DNA from: an uncultured virus (IMG/VR IMGVR_UViG_3300021598_001257)
Taxonomy: Duplodnaviria; Heunggongvirae; Uroviricota; Caudoviricetes
Virus record (IMG/VR): IMGVR_UViG_3300021598_001257
Direction: 5' to 3' (one strand)
Length of the DNA: 64,000 bases
How positions within the stretch are numbered: position 1 is the stretch's first letter; each line of letters begins with the position of its first letter. Position numbers and translations under genes: made by a program. The notes beneath the pieces were generated by a model. The model made no database searches, was not told the origin of the DNA, and saw nothing but the letters and a program-made list of their open reading frames with translations. Below, in pieces: positions 1 to 10,079 of the stretch.

Positions 1-26
1 GTTTGATAGTAGCATAAAAATCTTCT

Positions 27-1499
27 TCAATTCCCATTTTTCTTAAGTTGTACGGTGATTATTTCATAGTTAAAATTTTCTTCATTATAAATTTTAATTC
101 TTTCAATGAGATGATTTAAAGTATAATTTTTCTTTGAATTTGAAGTGCAATCATCAGCAATGTCATAAAGGGTTGCTTTTACTTTATTTTTTCCCTTTCT
201 AAGAACTCTTCCAATGCTTTGAAGATTTCTGATTCTTGATTTACTGGGTGAAGCGAAGATAACGTTATGGAGATTTTTAATATTGATGCCAGTAGAAAAA
301 GTTCCATAAGAAGCAACAATAATTGCGTTGTTTTCTCTCTCTGTAATTTCTCTAACTAATTCTCTTTCTTCAGTATCAACTCCACCGTGAATGAAAAATA
401 CTTTTCTATCATCTCGCTTATTGCTATTTATCTTCTCATAAAGAATAGCTCCATGAGTTTCTACTCTTGAAAATAAAACAAGAGTATTCCCTTTCATATC
501 TAAAGAAAGATTGGTTATGAATTTATTTCTTTGTTCGTGGGAAATCAGATATTGTATCTCATCCTCATAAGTTTCAAACTTTTGTGGAGTGTGCTTAAGA
601 ACAATACATTGGATATCAAGTTGAGAAAGATGTCCCTGCTTCATCAATTCATCGGTTCTGGTTACTTTGTATGATGGACCAAACAATCCTTCCAAAACCC
701 ATTTGTGAGTTTGAGTTCCATCAAGAGTTCCTGTAAAACCAAATCTATACTTTGCATGATGAAGTTTAGTCATAATTTCAATGAGCGATTTGCTCTTGAA
801 AAGATGTGCTTCATCCCCTATAATTACTTCATACTCCTCAAAAAATGAACGTTCAAGTTTATAAACTGATTGCCATGTAGTAATCGTTACTGAGTATTCA
901 TTTGTTTTTTCCCTACCAGAATAGATACGGTGACAATATGACTCAGCATCCCAACCATAGTCTTGGAAATCCTTGTACATCTGCTCTACAAGGGATGTCG
1001 TTGGAACAACTAGAAGAATTTTTTTCCCTTTATCTACATAATACCTTACAAGGGAATAAATCATTAAGGATTTACCTGAGGCTGTGGGTGATATCAATAA
1101 TTTTCTATTATGTCGTAGAGCACCGTATACTCCCTCTATCTGATATTCCCTCGGAGAATGGGAACAAATAGATTTCATATAGTCTTTTACGCCTTCGTAT
1201 GAGATGCCTTCATTAACTTCAAAAGGCATTCCATAAAACTTATTTTCTTTAAACTCATATTTGTACTTGTGGAGAGATAGTTTGTCAATAACTTTATCTA
1301 ACAAACCAGCGTAAATTTCTCCCGTATGAGTACTTAACAGGCGAATCTTACCGTCCCAATGCCTACTTCTATATTGGGACATGAATTTTGCAGATTCAAC
1401 TTCAAAAGTAAAGTACGGTTGCAGTTCATATAAAATATGAGGTTCGCAATTGAGTTTGATGCAAACCTCATTCTTCTTTTCAATAATTACGTCACTCAT
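27..1499 (-). CDS. uvsW: UvsW RNA-DNA/DNA-DNA SF2 helicase
   Basis: Walker A SPTASGKS, DEAH, motif VI QSIGRVLR, N-terminal WDGKIRL; follows uvsY as in T4-like phages. Confidence 0.95.
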   Translation of the reverse strand: MSDVIIEKKNEVCIKLNCEPHILYELQPYFTFEVESAKFMSQYRSRHWDGKIRLLSTHTGEIYAGLLDKVIDKLSLHKYKYEFKENKFYGMPFEVNEGISYEGVKDYMKSICSHSPREYQIEGVYGALRHNRKLLISPTASGKSLMIYSLVRYYVDKGKKILLVVPTTSLVEQMYKDFQDYGWDAESYCHRIYSGREKTNEYSVTITTWQSVYKLERSFFEEYEVIIGDEAHLFKSKSLIEIMTKLHHAKYRFGFTGTLDGTQTHKWVLEGLFGPSYKVTRTDELMKQGHLSQLDIQCIVLKHTPQKFETYEDEIQYLISHEQRNKFITNLSLDMKGNTLVLFSRVETHGAILYEKINSNKRDDRKVFFIHGGVDTEERELVREITERENNAIIVASYGTFSTGINIKNLHNVIFASPSKSRIRNLQSIGRVLRKGKNKVKATLYDIADDCTSNSKKNYTLNHLIERIKIYNEENFNYEIITVQLKKNGN

Positions 1500-1527
1500 A
1501 GCATCATAATTGCTATGAGTATTTATT
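1494..1527 (-). promoter_or_regulatory. Late promoter AATAAATA plus 10-bp hairpin covering the uvsW start codon
   Basis: + strand actcatagca(1494-1503)/tgctatgagt(1511-1520) inverted repeat; tatttatt at 1520-1527. Confidence 0.65.
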
Positions 1528-1964
1528 TACCCTAATCCAGACTGAAAACGCATAAACTCAATTGCATTTTTAATTTGATATGTTCTATTTTGTATCATCT
1601 TTAAAATGCTTTCAATATACGTCAACATTGTATCATAATAATCAATTTTTAAACATACTGTCGAAAGATTCTCATCCGCATCAAGATATTTTTGCATCGT
1701 ATCTTTATCGCGAATCTTTTTAGGAAATGGATTTTCCGTATAAACTTCTGGGTCTGCTTTACCAGAATAATATTCGTATCTTTCGTGTCTGATATTTCTT
1801 TTTTGCTGCTCTGCTTTTTTCCTTAGGAGAAAAATAGTATTATAAAGTTCAAAGTATTTTGCGTGAAGACCTGGGATATTTGTTGATTCTGTATGAAGAT
1901 TATCCATATCAATTTTAGAATCTTGTTCCCACATCTTTTGAATCATATCAAGATCAAAACTCAT
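1527..1964 (-). CDS. uvsY: UvsY recombination mediator
   Basis: 145 aa with YYSGKA and C-terminal R-YQIKNAIE-RF motifs; between gp3 and uvsW. Confidence 0.9.
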   Translation of the reverse strand: MSFDLDMIQKMWEQDSKIDMDNLHTESTNIPGLHAKYFELYNTIFLLRKKAEQQKRNIRHERYEYYSGKADPEVYTENPFPKKIRDKDTMQKYLDADENLSTVCLKIDYYDTMLTYIESILKMIQNRTYQIKNAIEFMRFQSGLG

Positions 1965-2509
1965 AATAAGTTTCCTTGCAAATCTGTTATATTGTAAATA
2001 GTATACTTGAAACTTACATCAGCCGTAAAGTATTGTATGTCTGTATTTGTGGCATCAAACATTATCGTTGATAATGAATATGGAAATAAATCCTGGAAAG
2101 TTACTTCAAAATTAGGAATCTGACTACTTGTTAATATTTGTAAGGTTCCGTCAGAATATATGTTTTGTCTATCTTTTACATAATTTCCTTGAATTAATCC
2201 AGATTCCTGAAGTTCTGCAAACTGTTCTAATCTTTCTGGAAATCCAAGACCACGAATCCAATTTTGTATTTCCATGTAGTTTTTGAGGTCTTCGTCAACT
2301 AAAAACCTTATGCTTAAATCTCCAAATTCTATTGTGTCTCCTGGTGTTGGTAGCGCCTTCAGATAAGATGGTTGGTTCGCAACACCAAGATTTAACTCAG
2401 GTATGTTTGCTTGGTTGCAGAAAAATGCAACTTGTGGTGTTCTGGTCAGAGTGAATTTAAATCCTGTTGGAGATAAAAAATTTCTATTATCAATCTGAGC
2501 TCTTGTCAT
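1961..2509 (-). CDS. gp3: Tail completion/tube terminator protein gp3
   Basis: NFLSPTGF, FLVDEDLKNY and FPYSLS motifs; position downstream of gp23. Confidence 0.85.
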   Translation of the reverse strand: MTRAQIDNRNFLSPTGFKFTLTRTPQVAFFCNQANIPELNLGVANQPSYLKALPTPGDTIEFGDLSIRFLVDEDLKNYMEIQNWIRGLGFPERLEQFAELQESGLIQGNYVKDRQNIYSDGTLQILTSSQIPNFEVTFQDLFPYSLSTIMFDATNTDIQYFTADVSFKYTIYNITDLQGNLL

Positions 2510-2529
2510 CTTTTTTTAAATATTTAGAT

Positions 2530-2556
2530 AAAAAAAGAGGGTCCGAAGACCCTCTT
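2530..2556 (-). terminator. Intrinsic terminator after gp23
   Basis: Minus strand AAGAGGGTC-TTCG-GACCCTCTT followed by a T-run; late-promoter-like CTAAATA follows at 2521-2527. Confidence 0.9.
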
Positions 2557-2575
2557 GAAATTTATGTGAAGCGGA

Positions 2576-4003
2576 TCACATAAGGTTCTTAACAGCAACT
2601 CTTCTGTAGTAGCGGTTGGTGTTAACGTTGAGTCTACCCTCACCTCTGCTGAGACCCTCAGCGAATGGGTTAGCAACAAGACCATAACGAGTCTTGAAGC
2701 CAATCTTGGGCTGGAAGGTGTCTTCGCCAACGGCACGCACCATCTGGAGAGGAACGTAAGGGCAATAGAACAGACCTGCATCATAAGGTGAAGAACCCTT
2801 ATAACCAACAACGTAGTACTGGTTACCAGGAGTTGCATTACCTGCAGTCAGGTTTGCTGAATATGGGTCAATGTATACGCGGAACTTGCCCATCAGAGTA
2901 CCAGCAAAGGTGTTGCCAGTATCATCAACGTTCAGGTTAGCGTTTAGTGCAGGGGTGTAATCAAGAACACCAGCCATGGTTAGTGCTGAAGCAACGTCAG
3001 CAGAACACATGATGATGTTGCCCTTTCCGCGACGAGTTCTTTGTGCGATTGCGTTAGCGTCGCGCTCGATTTGGAACAGAAGACCCTTGAACTTCTCAAC
3101 AGACCAACGACCGTTTGAATCAACGTCGAGGTCGAATACGCCAGCGGTAGCAACGTTTTGTGCTGCACCCTTTTCAGCGGTCATGTAGATGGTACGAATA
3201 ACTTCGCGGTTGATTTCAGCAAGAATCTCAGTTGAGAGAATGTTTGCTAATTCCGCTTCAGCATTCAGACCGTGGATTGCCTTGAGGTCTTGAGCGAGCT
3301 CGAGTGAGTACTCAGCCTTCAGGGCGCGTGACTTTGCAGTAACAGTAACTTTCTCGATTGAGAAAGCCATCTGGTTGAACTGGTTACCTGCAGCATCGCC
3401 AAGTGCTTCTGAATCGCCAGTTGGCATACCTTGACCGACGTTATAATCGGTAGCAGCAACTGAAGCAGCGTTCAGAAGAGCTGGGTTACTACCAGACTGT
3501 GCGGTAGTACCAATACCAGAACCTACTTGCGAATGAGCGCCAGTAAGAGTGGTATCGAAACCTGAGTCTGTACCAGAGAATGCAGTATCTACTTCATTGA
3601 AGAAGGTTTCTGCACCACTCTGATTGGTGTAGCGGGAGCGCATTGCGAAGATGAGTCCAGTAGGACCACTCATTGGTTGAACGCCAGCGAGGTCATAAGC
3701 GACCAGGTTAGGCATTGAACGACGAATAAGTGAGATCAGAACTGGATCGAAACCAGCAACGCTTTGGCTACCACCACTACCAAAAGCGCCGCTAGCGCCA
3801 GCGGCATTGCCACTGTTGGTTGGTGATTCCATGAGCATACTCATGGAGCCATTGTCGAAAGCAGATTGCTCTCTAACAAATCTTTCTTGGTTTTCGAGCA
3901 GGACAGCGGTTACGGCTCTACGATGAGAATCTTTGATTGGATCAAGACCCTGATAGTCTAAGAGGGGTGCCCACTTTTCCTGCAGATGCTCGGATTGGAA
4001 CAT
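2576..4003 (-). CDS. gp23: Major capsid protein gp23
   Basis: GVQPMSGPTGLIFAMRSRY, KSRALKAEYSLELAQDLKAIHGL and FQPKIGFKTRYG motifs. Confidence 0.98.
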   Translation of the reverse strand: MFQSEHLQEKWAPLLDYQGLDPIKDSHRRAVTAVLLENQERFVREQSAFDNGSMSMLMESPTNSGNAAGASGAFGSGGSQSVAGFDPVLISLIRRSMPNLVAYDLAGVQPMSGPTGLIFAMRSRYTNQSGAETFFNEVDTAFSGTDSGFDTTLTGAHSQVGSGIGTTAQSGSNPALLNAASVAATDYNVGQGMPTGDSEALGDAAGNQFNQMAFSIEKVTVTAKSRALKAEYSLELAQDLKAIHGLNAEAELANILSTEILAEINREVIRTIYMTAEKGAAQNVATAGVFDLDVDSNGRWSVEKFKGLLFQIERDANAIAQRTRRGKGNIIMCSADVASALTMAGVLDYTPALNANLNVDDTGNTFAGTLMGKFRVYIDPYSANLTAGNATPGNQYYVVGYKGSSPYDAGLFYCPYVPLQMVRAVGEDTFQPKIGFKTRYGLVANPFAEGLSRGEGRLNVNTNRYYRRVAVKNLM

Positions 4004-4061
4004 TTGCTTTTACCTTTTTACTAAGTGTTTGTTTTTTGGGTTTGAATTATATTAAATTCAA

Positions 4062-5231
4062 TTATTTGCTGAATGCTGAAAGAGTCTTCAGATATGCAGC
4101 CATTGAACCTGAAATTAATTCGGGTGCATTGTCTACACCTTCTGACAGAGATTCAGTTTTAGCTGAAGGAGAAATTACTCTTGAAGGGAAATATGATTCC
4201 TTCAAAGTCTCCAGTTTTTCACGATATTCTTCTTCACTTTCAAACTCAACACTTTCGGCAAGTGAAGCGAGCTTGTCCTTCTGAGTGTCTGCAAGACCTT
4301 CAGCGACTTGATCAAAGATTCCATCAGCAACCGACTCTGCGAGACGCTTGTTAAGGGAAACGTTTTTCTCGATTTGCTCGTTGAGTTTTGTCTCCATTTC
4401 ATCAAGTTTTTCTACCATGCTCTCAAGCACATCATATTTATCTTCAGGGATTGATACATAATGTTCTTCAAAAAGACCTCTCATTCCTTGGAGGAATGAT
4501 TCGGTCATCTCGGTCTTAAGACCTTGTTCGATAACGAGTGCATTTTCTTCCATCCACTCGCCAGCAACATACTCAAGGTATGCATCTACACGCTCAGAAA
4601 GTGCTTCTTTAATTTCTTCAACTTCTTCTGCAAGTGCAACTGCATACTGCTCTTCAAGTGCTTCTTGAATAGAAGCAACTTTTGAACGAAGAGCAGCCTC
4701 GAAGATGGTGCGTGCTTTCTCTTGGAATTCCTCAGAAAGCTCTTCACCTTCAAGAAGAGCATTGACATCTTCCTCAATATCAAACTCTTCTTTTACGTCC
4801 TCTTCTTCTTCGTCCTCTTCTTCTTCGTTCTCTTCTTCTTTCTTTGCCTTTTTCTTAGGTGCTTCTTCCTCTTCTTCAGCAGCCTCTTCGATTACATCTT
4901 CATCACTCTCTTCTTCAATCATATCCTCATTATCAAGTTCTTCTTCCTCTTTATGAAGACCCTTCATTGGATCAGCAGAACCTGCGCCTTTATTTACAAC
5001 ATCTCTAACTTGCTTGAGTGTTGCTCCAGGAGTTTTCAGTTTTGCTGAATCATCCGTTGAACGATAGTTTGAAGGATCAGGTCCACCAAGATCTTCCCAA
5101 CCTGCAGTTTGGCCGTCAGGAATACCTGTAGTTAGTTTTGACATCGGATCCGCCGCTTTAGCATTTGCATTAACAGCGGTTCTGGATGGTTTAGTGCCTA
5201 CTTCCATTTCTTGTAAATCTCCACGAGACAT
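4062..5231 (-). CDS. gp22: Prohead core/scaffold protein gp22
   Basis: Highly acidic; ELSEEF-KA-TIFEAA and VDAYLEYV-EW motifs; between gp21 and gp23. Confidence 0.9.
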   Translation of the reverse strand: MSRGDLQEMEVGTKPSRTAVNANAKAADPMSKLTTGIPDGQTAGWEDLGGPDPSNYRSTDDSAKLKTPGATLKQVRDVVNKGAGSADPMKGLHKEEEELDNEDMIEEESDEDVIEEAAEEEEEAPKKKAKKEEENEEEEDEEEEDVKEEFDIEEDVNALLEGEELSEEFQEKARTIFEAALRSKVASIQEALEEQYAVALAEEVEEIKEALSERVDAYLEYVAGEWMEENALVIEQGLKTEMTESFLQGMRGLFEEHYVSIPEDKYDVLESMVEKLDEMETKLNEQIEKNVSLNKRLAESVADGIFDQVAEGLADTQKDKLASLAESVEFESEEEYREKLETLKESYFPSRVISPSAKTESLSEGVDNAPELISGSMAAYLKTLSAFSK

Positions 5232-5269
5232 TTGAACTCTCCGTTTAACCTTTAGTTATAAACTATATT

Positions 5270-5277
5270 TATTTATA
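5270..5277 (-). promoter_or_regulatory. T4-type late promoter TATAAATA upstream of gp22
   Basis: Exact T4 gp55 consensus. Similar boxes at 6513-6520, 8328-8335, 10059-10066, 12963-12970, 18370-18377, 20665-20672, 31590-31597, 33461-33468 and 48173-48180, each just upstream of a structural gene. Confidence 0.85.
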
Positions 5278-5287
5278 ATTTAATAAA

Positions 5288-5938
5288 TTACAATGAGTTT
5301 AAAAACTCATTGAATAATGATAACTTATATTCTTCAAGAATACCTTGGTCTACAAGGGTATTAATTTTATTCTTAGTATTTTCTGCCATTTTTTCTCTAA
5401 GGATGCCACCATCCCAAATCCACTCCTTTCCTTCCATAATTCCCTGAACAAATGCGTCGGGAGCTGAGGGATCTGCTACAATATCAGCAGCAGTTGCAAG
5501 CATAAAGTCTTCACCAACTTCTTTATATCCCTTATTATTCTCTCTTAAAGACCCAATACCACGAGAAGAAACGCCAAGAGTTACTCCATCTTTAAGAAGA
5601 GACTCCGCAATCTTACCCATTGGTGTGGATAAAATTTGTGCCTTTCCGATAAAGTTATTTCCGCTGCGATAAAGTTCTGTAATTTTATGAGAAACTCTAT
5701 CTAAATTAACAGTAGGTCCGTCTGGATGTCCTAGTTCGCCAAGAGCACGTCCCTTTTGAACGTATTGTTCGTTATAACGATTTACTTCACGTTCCATAAT
5801 CTGCATAGGATACATTCTTCCATTGCGATTCACGCATTCTGCTTGCAAGAATGGTCCTTTAATGTAGAGTTTTGCTTGCTTACCAGTTCCTTCGGTAATA
5901 ACCTCTACTCTTTCGATTTCTTCTCTAATTAGTTTCAT
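5288..5938 (-). CDS. gp21: Prohead protease gp21
   Basis: NRNGRMY, ALGELGHP, GVSSRGIGS and DIVADPSAPDAFV motifs. Confidence 0.96.
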   Translation of the reverse strand: MKLIREEIERVEVITEGTGKQAKLYIKGPFLQAECVNRNGRMYPMQIMEREVNRYNEQYVQKGRALGELGHPDGPTVNLDRVSHKITELYRSGNNFIGKAQILSTPMGKIAESLLKDGVTLGVSSRGIGSLRENNKGYKEVGEDFMLATAADIVADPSAPDAFVQGIMEGKEWIWDGGILREKMAENTKNKINTLVDQGILEEYKLSLFNEFLNSL

Positions 5939-6489
5939 TAGGCATCTCCTGAAATTTGTACTTGTTGGTAATACAGAGTTCCTGCACCTACACCGTATGC
6001 AGAAACTTTATTTGAATTAATTACAGTAGCATCTGTTGAAGAGAATGCTGTGACAATTCCACTTGAATTATAATTAACAGTCATTCGTGTCTGATAGTAA
6101 CCACCTACCCCAGAAGAAATATCTACAGATAAAACTTGCTGGTGTGTGAAGTTGTAATATGATTGTCCTGTTGCAGTTAGTGTAACATAATCACCAACAC
6201 CAAAAGGAACTTGAGTTCCTTCTGGAACTGTAACAATTGTTGTTGTGCCGGTAGTTATGCCTACAACTTTATTTGAAGCTTTTGTTAAACCTAGAGTGGC
6301 AGATTCTCCAGATGAAACATAGTAATCTGCAGAAGTTGCTGATGGATTTCCGCCTACAGAAATATGCGCTGCACCACCGACTGCAACCACTCTCAAAACA
6401 CTAGATTGTACCGAAAAGGCAGATGATGTTGTTGCAGCACCTGCAGTAAATGTAAATGAGGAACCCGCCCCAACTGGTCTATGAGCCAT
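5938..6489 (-). CDS. Probable virion structural protein (hypothetical)
   Basis: 183 aa, S/T/G/V-rich; has a late promoter and lies in the head gene cluster. Confidence 0.6.
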   Translation of the reverse strand: MAHRPVGAGSSFTFTAGAATTSSAFSVQSSVLRVVAVGGAAHISVGGNPSATSADYYVSSGESATLGLTKASNKVVGITTGTTTIVTVPEGTQVPFGVGDYVTLTATGQSYYNFTHQQVLSVDISSGVGGYYQTRMTVNYNSSGIVTAFSSTDATVINSNKVSAYGVGAGTLYYQQVQISGDA

Positions 6490-6543
6490 TATTTTTATAG
6501 TACACTTTTAGTTATTTATTATTTAATCAAGTTATGATTTAAA

Positions 6544-7818
6544 TTACCTCTGTTCAATCCAGTTCAGAACTGCAAGTGCTGCTTTGTTAGTATTAGGACT
6601 TGCACAAGCAAGAGTATAAGTATCACTAATTGTTCCAATACCACTTCTACCTAACTGAAGTGCCGCTTTATCATCAAGATTAACTAGAGACCCACCACCA
6701 CCAATCACAAAACCACTCAAAAGATCAGTTCCACCAGATACTGCAGTTTGAGTAATATTGTACTGCATAAAGGAGTTTGGGTCTGGATGGTCTACCCAAG
6801 TTCCTCCAGTTAGTGTTGCATTTTCTAAAAGTTGCCAATAAACATTAGTATTATCATCAGTTGCTGCTTGCAATGATCTCAAAAGCATCACCGCACCTAG
6901 ATTACTAGATTTTAGACGAATGCTTATAATTGGATAAAATGTATTTGCATTTGCCATCGTTGTCCCTGCGATGGTATTTGATATACTCTCAAGAGTTCCA
7001 AGTTTCTCTGGTTCTCCTTCTTGAATCAGAGAATTAGAACCCTGATACATGTAATGAGTTCCTGCAACACCTGTTACATTTTCTATCTCAAGTCTAATTG
7101 GTAAGAATGGAGTAGAACACCACACTCCTGGATTTGTATTTGAGTTCTCAAAAGTATGGGATGCAATGGTCTCATTCTTCATCAACCAATTGAACTGAAC
7201 CATTCCTGCACCATACCATTCATAATTGATGGAAATCATTTGTTGTTTTGTTGGGTCTGCAGTCACTCCAGTCCAACCATTTCCATCAAACTTTTCACCA
7301 TTCCAATCATCTCTGTATACTCTGGTTTCTGTAACAATTCCAGTTACACTACTACGGAGTACATAAGAATATGTTCCCCCATTATCCTCAAAATAAACAC
7401 CGTTGTTTTCATCAAACAATCCAAATCTTCTGCGAATACCTACCTGTGGATTATCAAGACGAATCGCAAATGCAAGAGTTGCACCTCTACCGGGAATGTA
7501 TCTCATCACATTCTTGGTTTGGCGAACAACTTTACTTCCAAGAGTGGACCCAACTTGCATCACAATATTACTGGCATTTGCATTAAATGTTGCAGTTCCA
7601 ACTCCAACTACTCTTTCATCCCATACATCAGTCTCTTTACCATACTGGAAAGTGTTAAAGAATACTGTTTGATATGGAGATATTTTAAATCTGTTGTTGT
7701 TGGTAAATTGAGGTCTCCAGTCAGTCTGGTTTCCCCAGTGATCTGCAATATTATAAACTTCAAAGAGACTTCTCTCTTGATTTAGAAAGTCTTGTGTAGT
7801 CTTATTCCACTGAGCCAT
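6544..7818 (-). CDS. Hypothetical protein, probably a beta-rich virion protein
   Basis: 424-aa ORF in the head cluster, rich in W/Y/G/N; no motif I can name. Confidence 0.6.
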   Translation of the reverse strand: MAQWNKTTQDFLNQERSLFEVYNIADHWGNQTDWRPQFTNNNRFKISPYQTVFFNTFQYGKETDVWDERVVGVGTATFNANASNIVMQVGSTLGSKVVRQTKNVMRYIPGRGATLAFAIRLDNPQVGIRRRFGLFDENNGVYFEDNGGTYSYVLRSSVTGIVTETRVYRDDWNGEKFDGNGWTGVTADPTKQQMISINYEWYGAGMVQFNWLMKNETIASHTFENSNTNPGVWCSTPFLPIRLEIENVTGVAGTHYMYQGSNSLIQEGEPEKLGTLESISNTIAGTTMANANTFYPIISIRLKSSNLGAVMLLRSLQAATDDNTNVYWQLLENATLTGGTWVDHPDPNSFMQYNITQTAVSGGTDLLSGFVIGGGGSLVNLDDKAALQLGRSGIGTISDTYTLACASPNTNKAALAVLNWIEQR

Positions 7819-7820
7819 TA

Positions 7821-8141
7821 TTAATCAATCCATTCCAACTTTGATGGGTGGTATCTTTTTGCGTTTCTAATATTGAAATTCTTTTCAGTTACGGGATAAA
7901 TCTGATGAACGACTGCTCCTGGATAATCTCCCTGAAGTTGTTCTCCTAAATCTCTTTTAGATGGAATTCCACTTTTAGTAACCAATTCCATCCTATACAA
8001 ACTTCCTTGCCACAAAACATCCGCAACATACTCTTCTCCAACCTGTTGTGGTGTTTCTGGTTGGGAGTTAATGTAAAGATTTCCGTTAAAGTCTCCGGAA
8101 ATATTTACTGATTCTGAGATGAATTGTTTGAAGGATTTCAT
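7821..8141 (-). CDS. Putative internal head protein with capsid-targeting-like N-terminus
   Basis: Starts MKSFKQFISE, similar to the T4 IPIII targeting sequence MKTYQEFIAE; shares a W-G--Y...PS...Q--YPG module with the 615-aa ORF. Confidence 0.6.
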   Translation of the reverse strand: MKSFKQFISESVNISGDFNGNLYINSQPETPQQVGEEYVADVLWQGSLYRMELVTKSGIPSKRDLGEQLQGDYPGAVVHQIYPVTEKNFNIRNAKRYHPSKLEWID

Positions 8142-8299
8142 TCTTCCTCTTCTGGTTCGCTATTAAACATCGAATTTGCTACTTCAGGTTTAAATTCATC
8201 AACTTTTTCTGCAGCTTTAGCAAACAAAAGGTCTTTGATTTTATCGCTAATCTGCGAAGGTGATTCTTCAGCAGCAATCATATCCATTAAATCATCCAT
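8138..8299 (-). CDS. Small acidic protein (53 aa) at the gp67/68 position; not in the ORF track
   Basis: Manual translation MDDLMDMIAAEESPSQISDKIKDLLFAKAAEKVDEFKPEVANSMFNSEPEEEE; TATAAATA upstream; ATGA overlap with the next gene. Confidence 0.75.
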   Translation of the reverse strand: MDDLMDMIAAEESPSQISDKIKDLLFAKAAEKVDEFKPEVANSMFNSEPEEEE

Positions 8300-8330
8300 T
8301 GTTATAAATGTAATCAGTAATCGTTTTTAT

Positions 8331-10028
8331 TTATATCTCCCCACCCTTAGGCATTTCTGCTATTTTTCCACTTGCTTCAACTGATTTTCCTTGAGAGTCT
8401 ATATTTGGTTCCATCACTGGTTGCCCCAAATCCATTTGAGAAGTTTGTTGCCCTGGTTCTAGTGGCATACCTGTCATAGGATCTACAGGTATACTGGGGT
8501 CTGGAATAACTCCATCCTTAATTTCTTTTTTAATAATTTTGTCTTGCTCTAAAATTTCTTCATCAGTTTGACGAAGAATCTTACGTCTAACGTAATCTTG
8601 AGAGAAATATTTTCCAACATATGGTTCAGCAATTTGTACCATACCCAATCTTTCATTTAGCAACTCTGCATCTTTAAGTTCTGCAAAATGATTATCATAC
8701 AAGAAGTCATATTGAATGTGTTCGTCCATTCTATTCCAATCTTCTGGGGTAATGATATTTTTTAGGATCAATTGAGTCCTCAACATATCACTAAACATAT
8801 AAGAAAATCTCTTCCTCAGACGAGCAACAAATTTGCTGAATTTAACTTCATCGCGAAGAATCTCTGATGATCTTCCAAGATTAAACCCACCATCTCCACC
8901 AATTCTTGTTGTAGGTACATTTAAAGATCTATAAAGTTTTTCTTGGAAATAATTAATGTCAGTAATCTCTCCAAGGTTTTGTCCGCCAGGAAGTGTTGAT
9001 ATTTCAGTACCTCTTCCACCTTCTCTTCTTGGAAGCCAAAAATCCTCAAGCATTGCCATGAATTTTTTATCATCACGAATCTCACCAGTGCTTGCATCAT
9101 ATACCAACTTGTTACGATAACGCATCATAACATCGCGGAGATATTGTTCTGCTTTTACTTTAGGTAGATTGCCTACATCAATGTAGAAAATTCTTCTTTC
9201 TGGTGCGCGTGATAGTCTGTAGATAACAAGTGAATCTTCAATCATACGAAGTTGATTGAGAGATTTGATTGCCTTATGGAGATATGAAAGCGTTGAACCC
9301 TTATTTCTATCAACGAGTCCTGAAGTACAATATGCCACAGAATCTTTTGTCATTTTGATTCCTGCATTAGAACCTCCAAGAGCTCCAGGTGCTGGAGTTC
9401 CTGTTGGATATGTCATTTTTGGTTGATAGATAAAATATTCTTCAATTTCGGGAAAATCGAAATCCATTGGATTATCGACATTTCTATTTGAAATTTTTAA
9501 TCTATCATTTTCTTTCTTTTTTGCTTGGCGTACATAACGCATTTTCATTGCGTCAATATATCTCAATTCTTGTATACCAGCCTCTGGATTTTTAAAATCT
9601 ATTACTTTGTGGTAGTATAATCTACCATCAATATACCAATTTCTGTAGATTTCGTGTGCTTTTTTATCAAAATCTAGAAGTTCTAAAATATATTTAAATT
9701 CTTCTCTAATTTTTTTCTTAATGCCATCACTAGCATTTAAATTGTCCAAATCAATTTGAACAGGACTATCATTACTATCCGATACGATAGCTTCATTTAC
9801 AATATCTTCAATGGCACTATCACACTCTGGGTGAAGCGCCATTTCACGATATCTTTTAATTAAATCGAATTCTGTTCTATAAACACCTTCAATATCTACA
9901 TACGAACCAAAAAATCCACTAGTTAAATAATGGTCTACCCCGTCCTCCTTATTGGGAGGAACGGGGGACATTACACTTTGCGATAATGGTTCATTATCTT
10001 CAATAGAAAAACCAAAAAGTTTTGCCAT
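8331..10028 (-). CDS. gp20: Portal protein gp20
   Basis: YRLSRAPERRIFYIDVGNLP and EDFWLPRREGGRGTEISTLPGG motifs. Confidence 0.98.
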   Translation of the reverse strand: MAKLFGFSIEDNEPLSQSVMSPVPPNKEDGVDHYLTSGFFGSYVDIEGVYRTEFDLIKRYREMALHPECDSAIEDIVNEAIVSDSNDSPVQIDLDNLNASDGIKKKIREEFKYILELLDFDKKAHEIYRNWYIDGRLYYHKVIDFKNPEAGIQELRYIDAMKMRYVRQAKKKENDRLKISNRNVDNPMDFDFPEIEEYFIYQPKMTYPTGTPAPGALGGSNAGIKMTKDSVAYCTSGLVDRNKGSTLSYLHKAIKSLNQLRMIEDSLVIYRLSRAPERRIFYIDVGNLPKVKAEQYLRDVMMRYRNKLVYDASTGEIRDDKKFMAMLEDFWLPRREGGRGTEISTLPGGQNLGEITDINYFQEKLYRSLNVPTTRIGGDGGFNLGRSSEILRDEVKFSKFVARLRKRFSYMFSDMLRTQLILKNIITPEDWNRMDEHIQYDFLYDNHFAELKDAELLNERLGMVQIAEPYVGKYFSQDYVRRKILRQTDEEILEQDKIIKKEIKDGVIPDPSIPVDPMTGMPLEPGQQTSQMDLGQPVMEPNIDSQGKSVEASGKIAEMPKGGEI

Positions 10029-10079
10029 AATTTATTTGATTACTTTTAATCTTTAGACTATTTATTATTCCTCATTTTA

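Noticed and set aside
2524..3188. Alternative-frame ORFs within gp23
   Set aside because: They overlap a highly conserved gene, and one runs through the terminator.
4586..5048. Ser- or Phe-rich alternative-frame ORFs over gp22
   Set aside because: By-products of the GAA-rich acidic tract.
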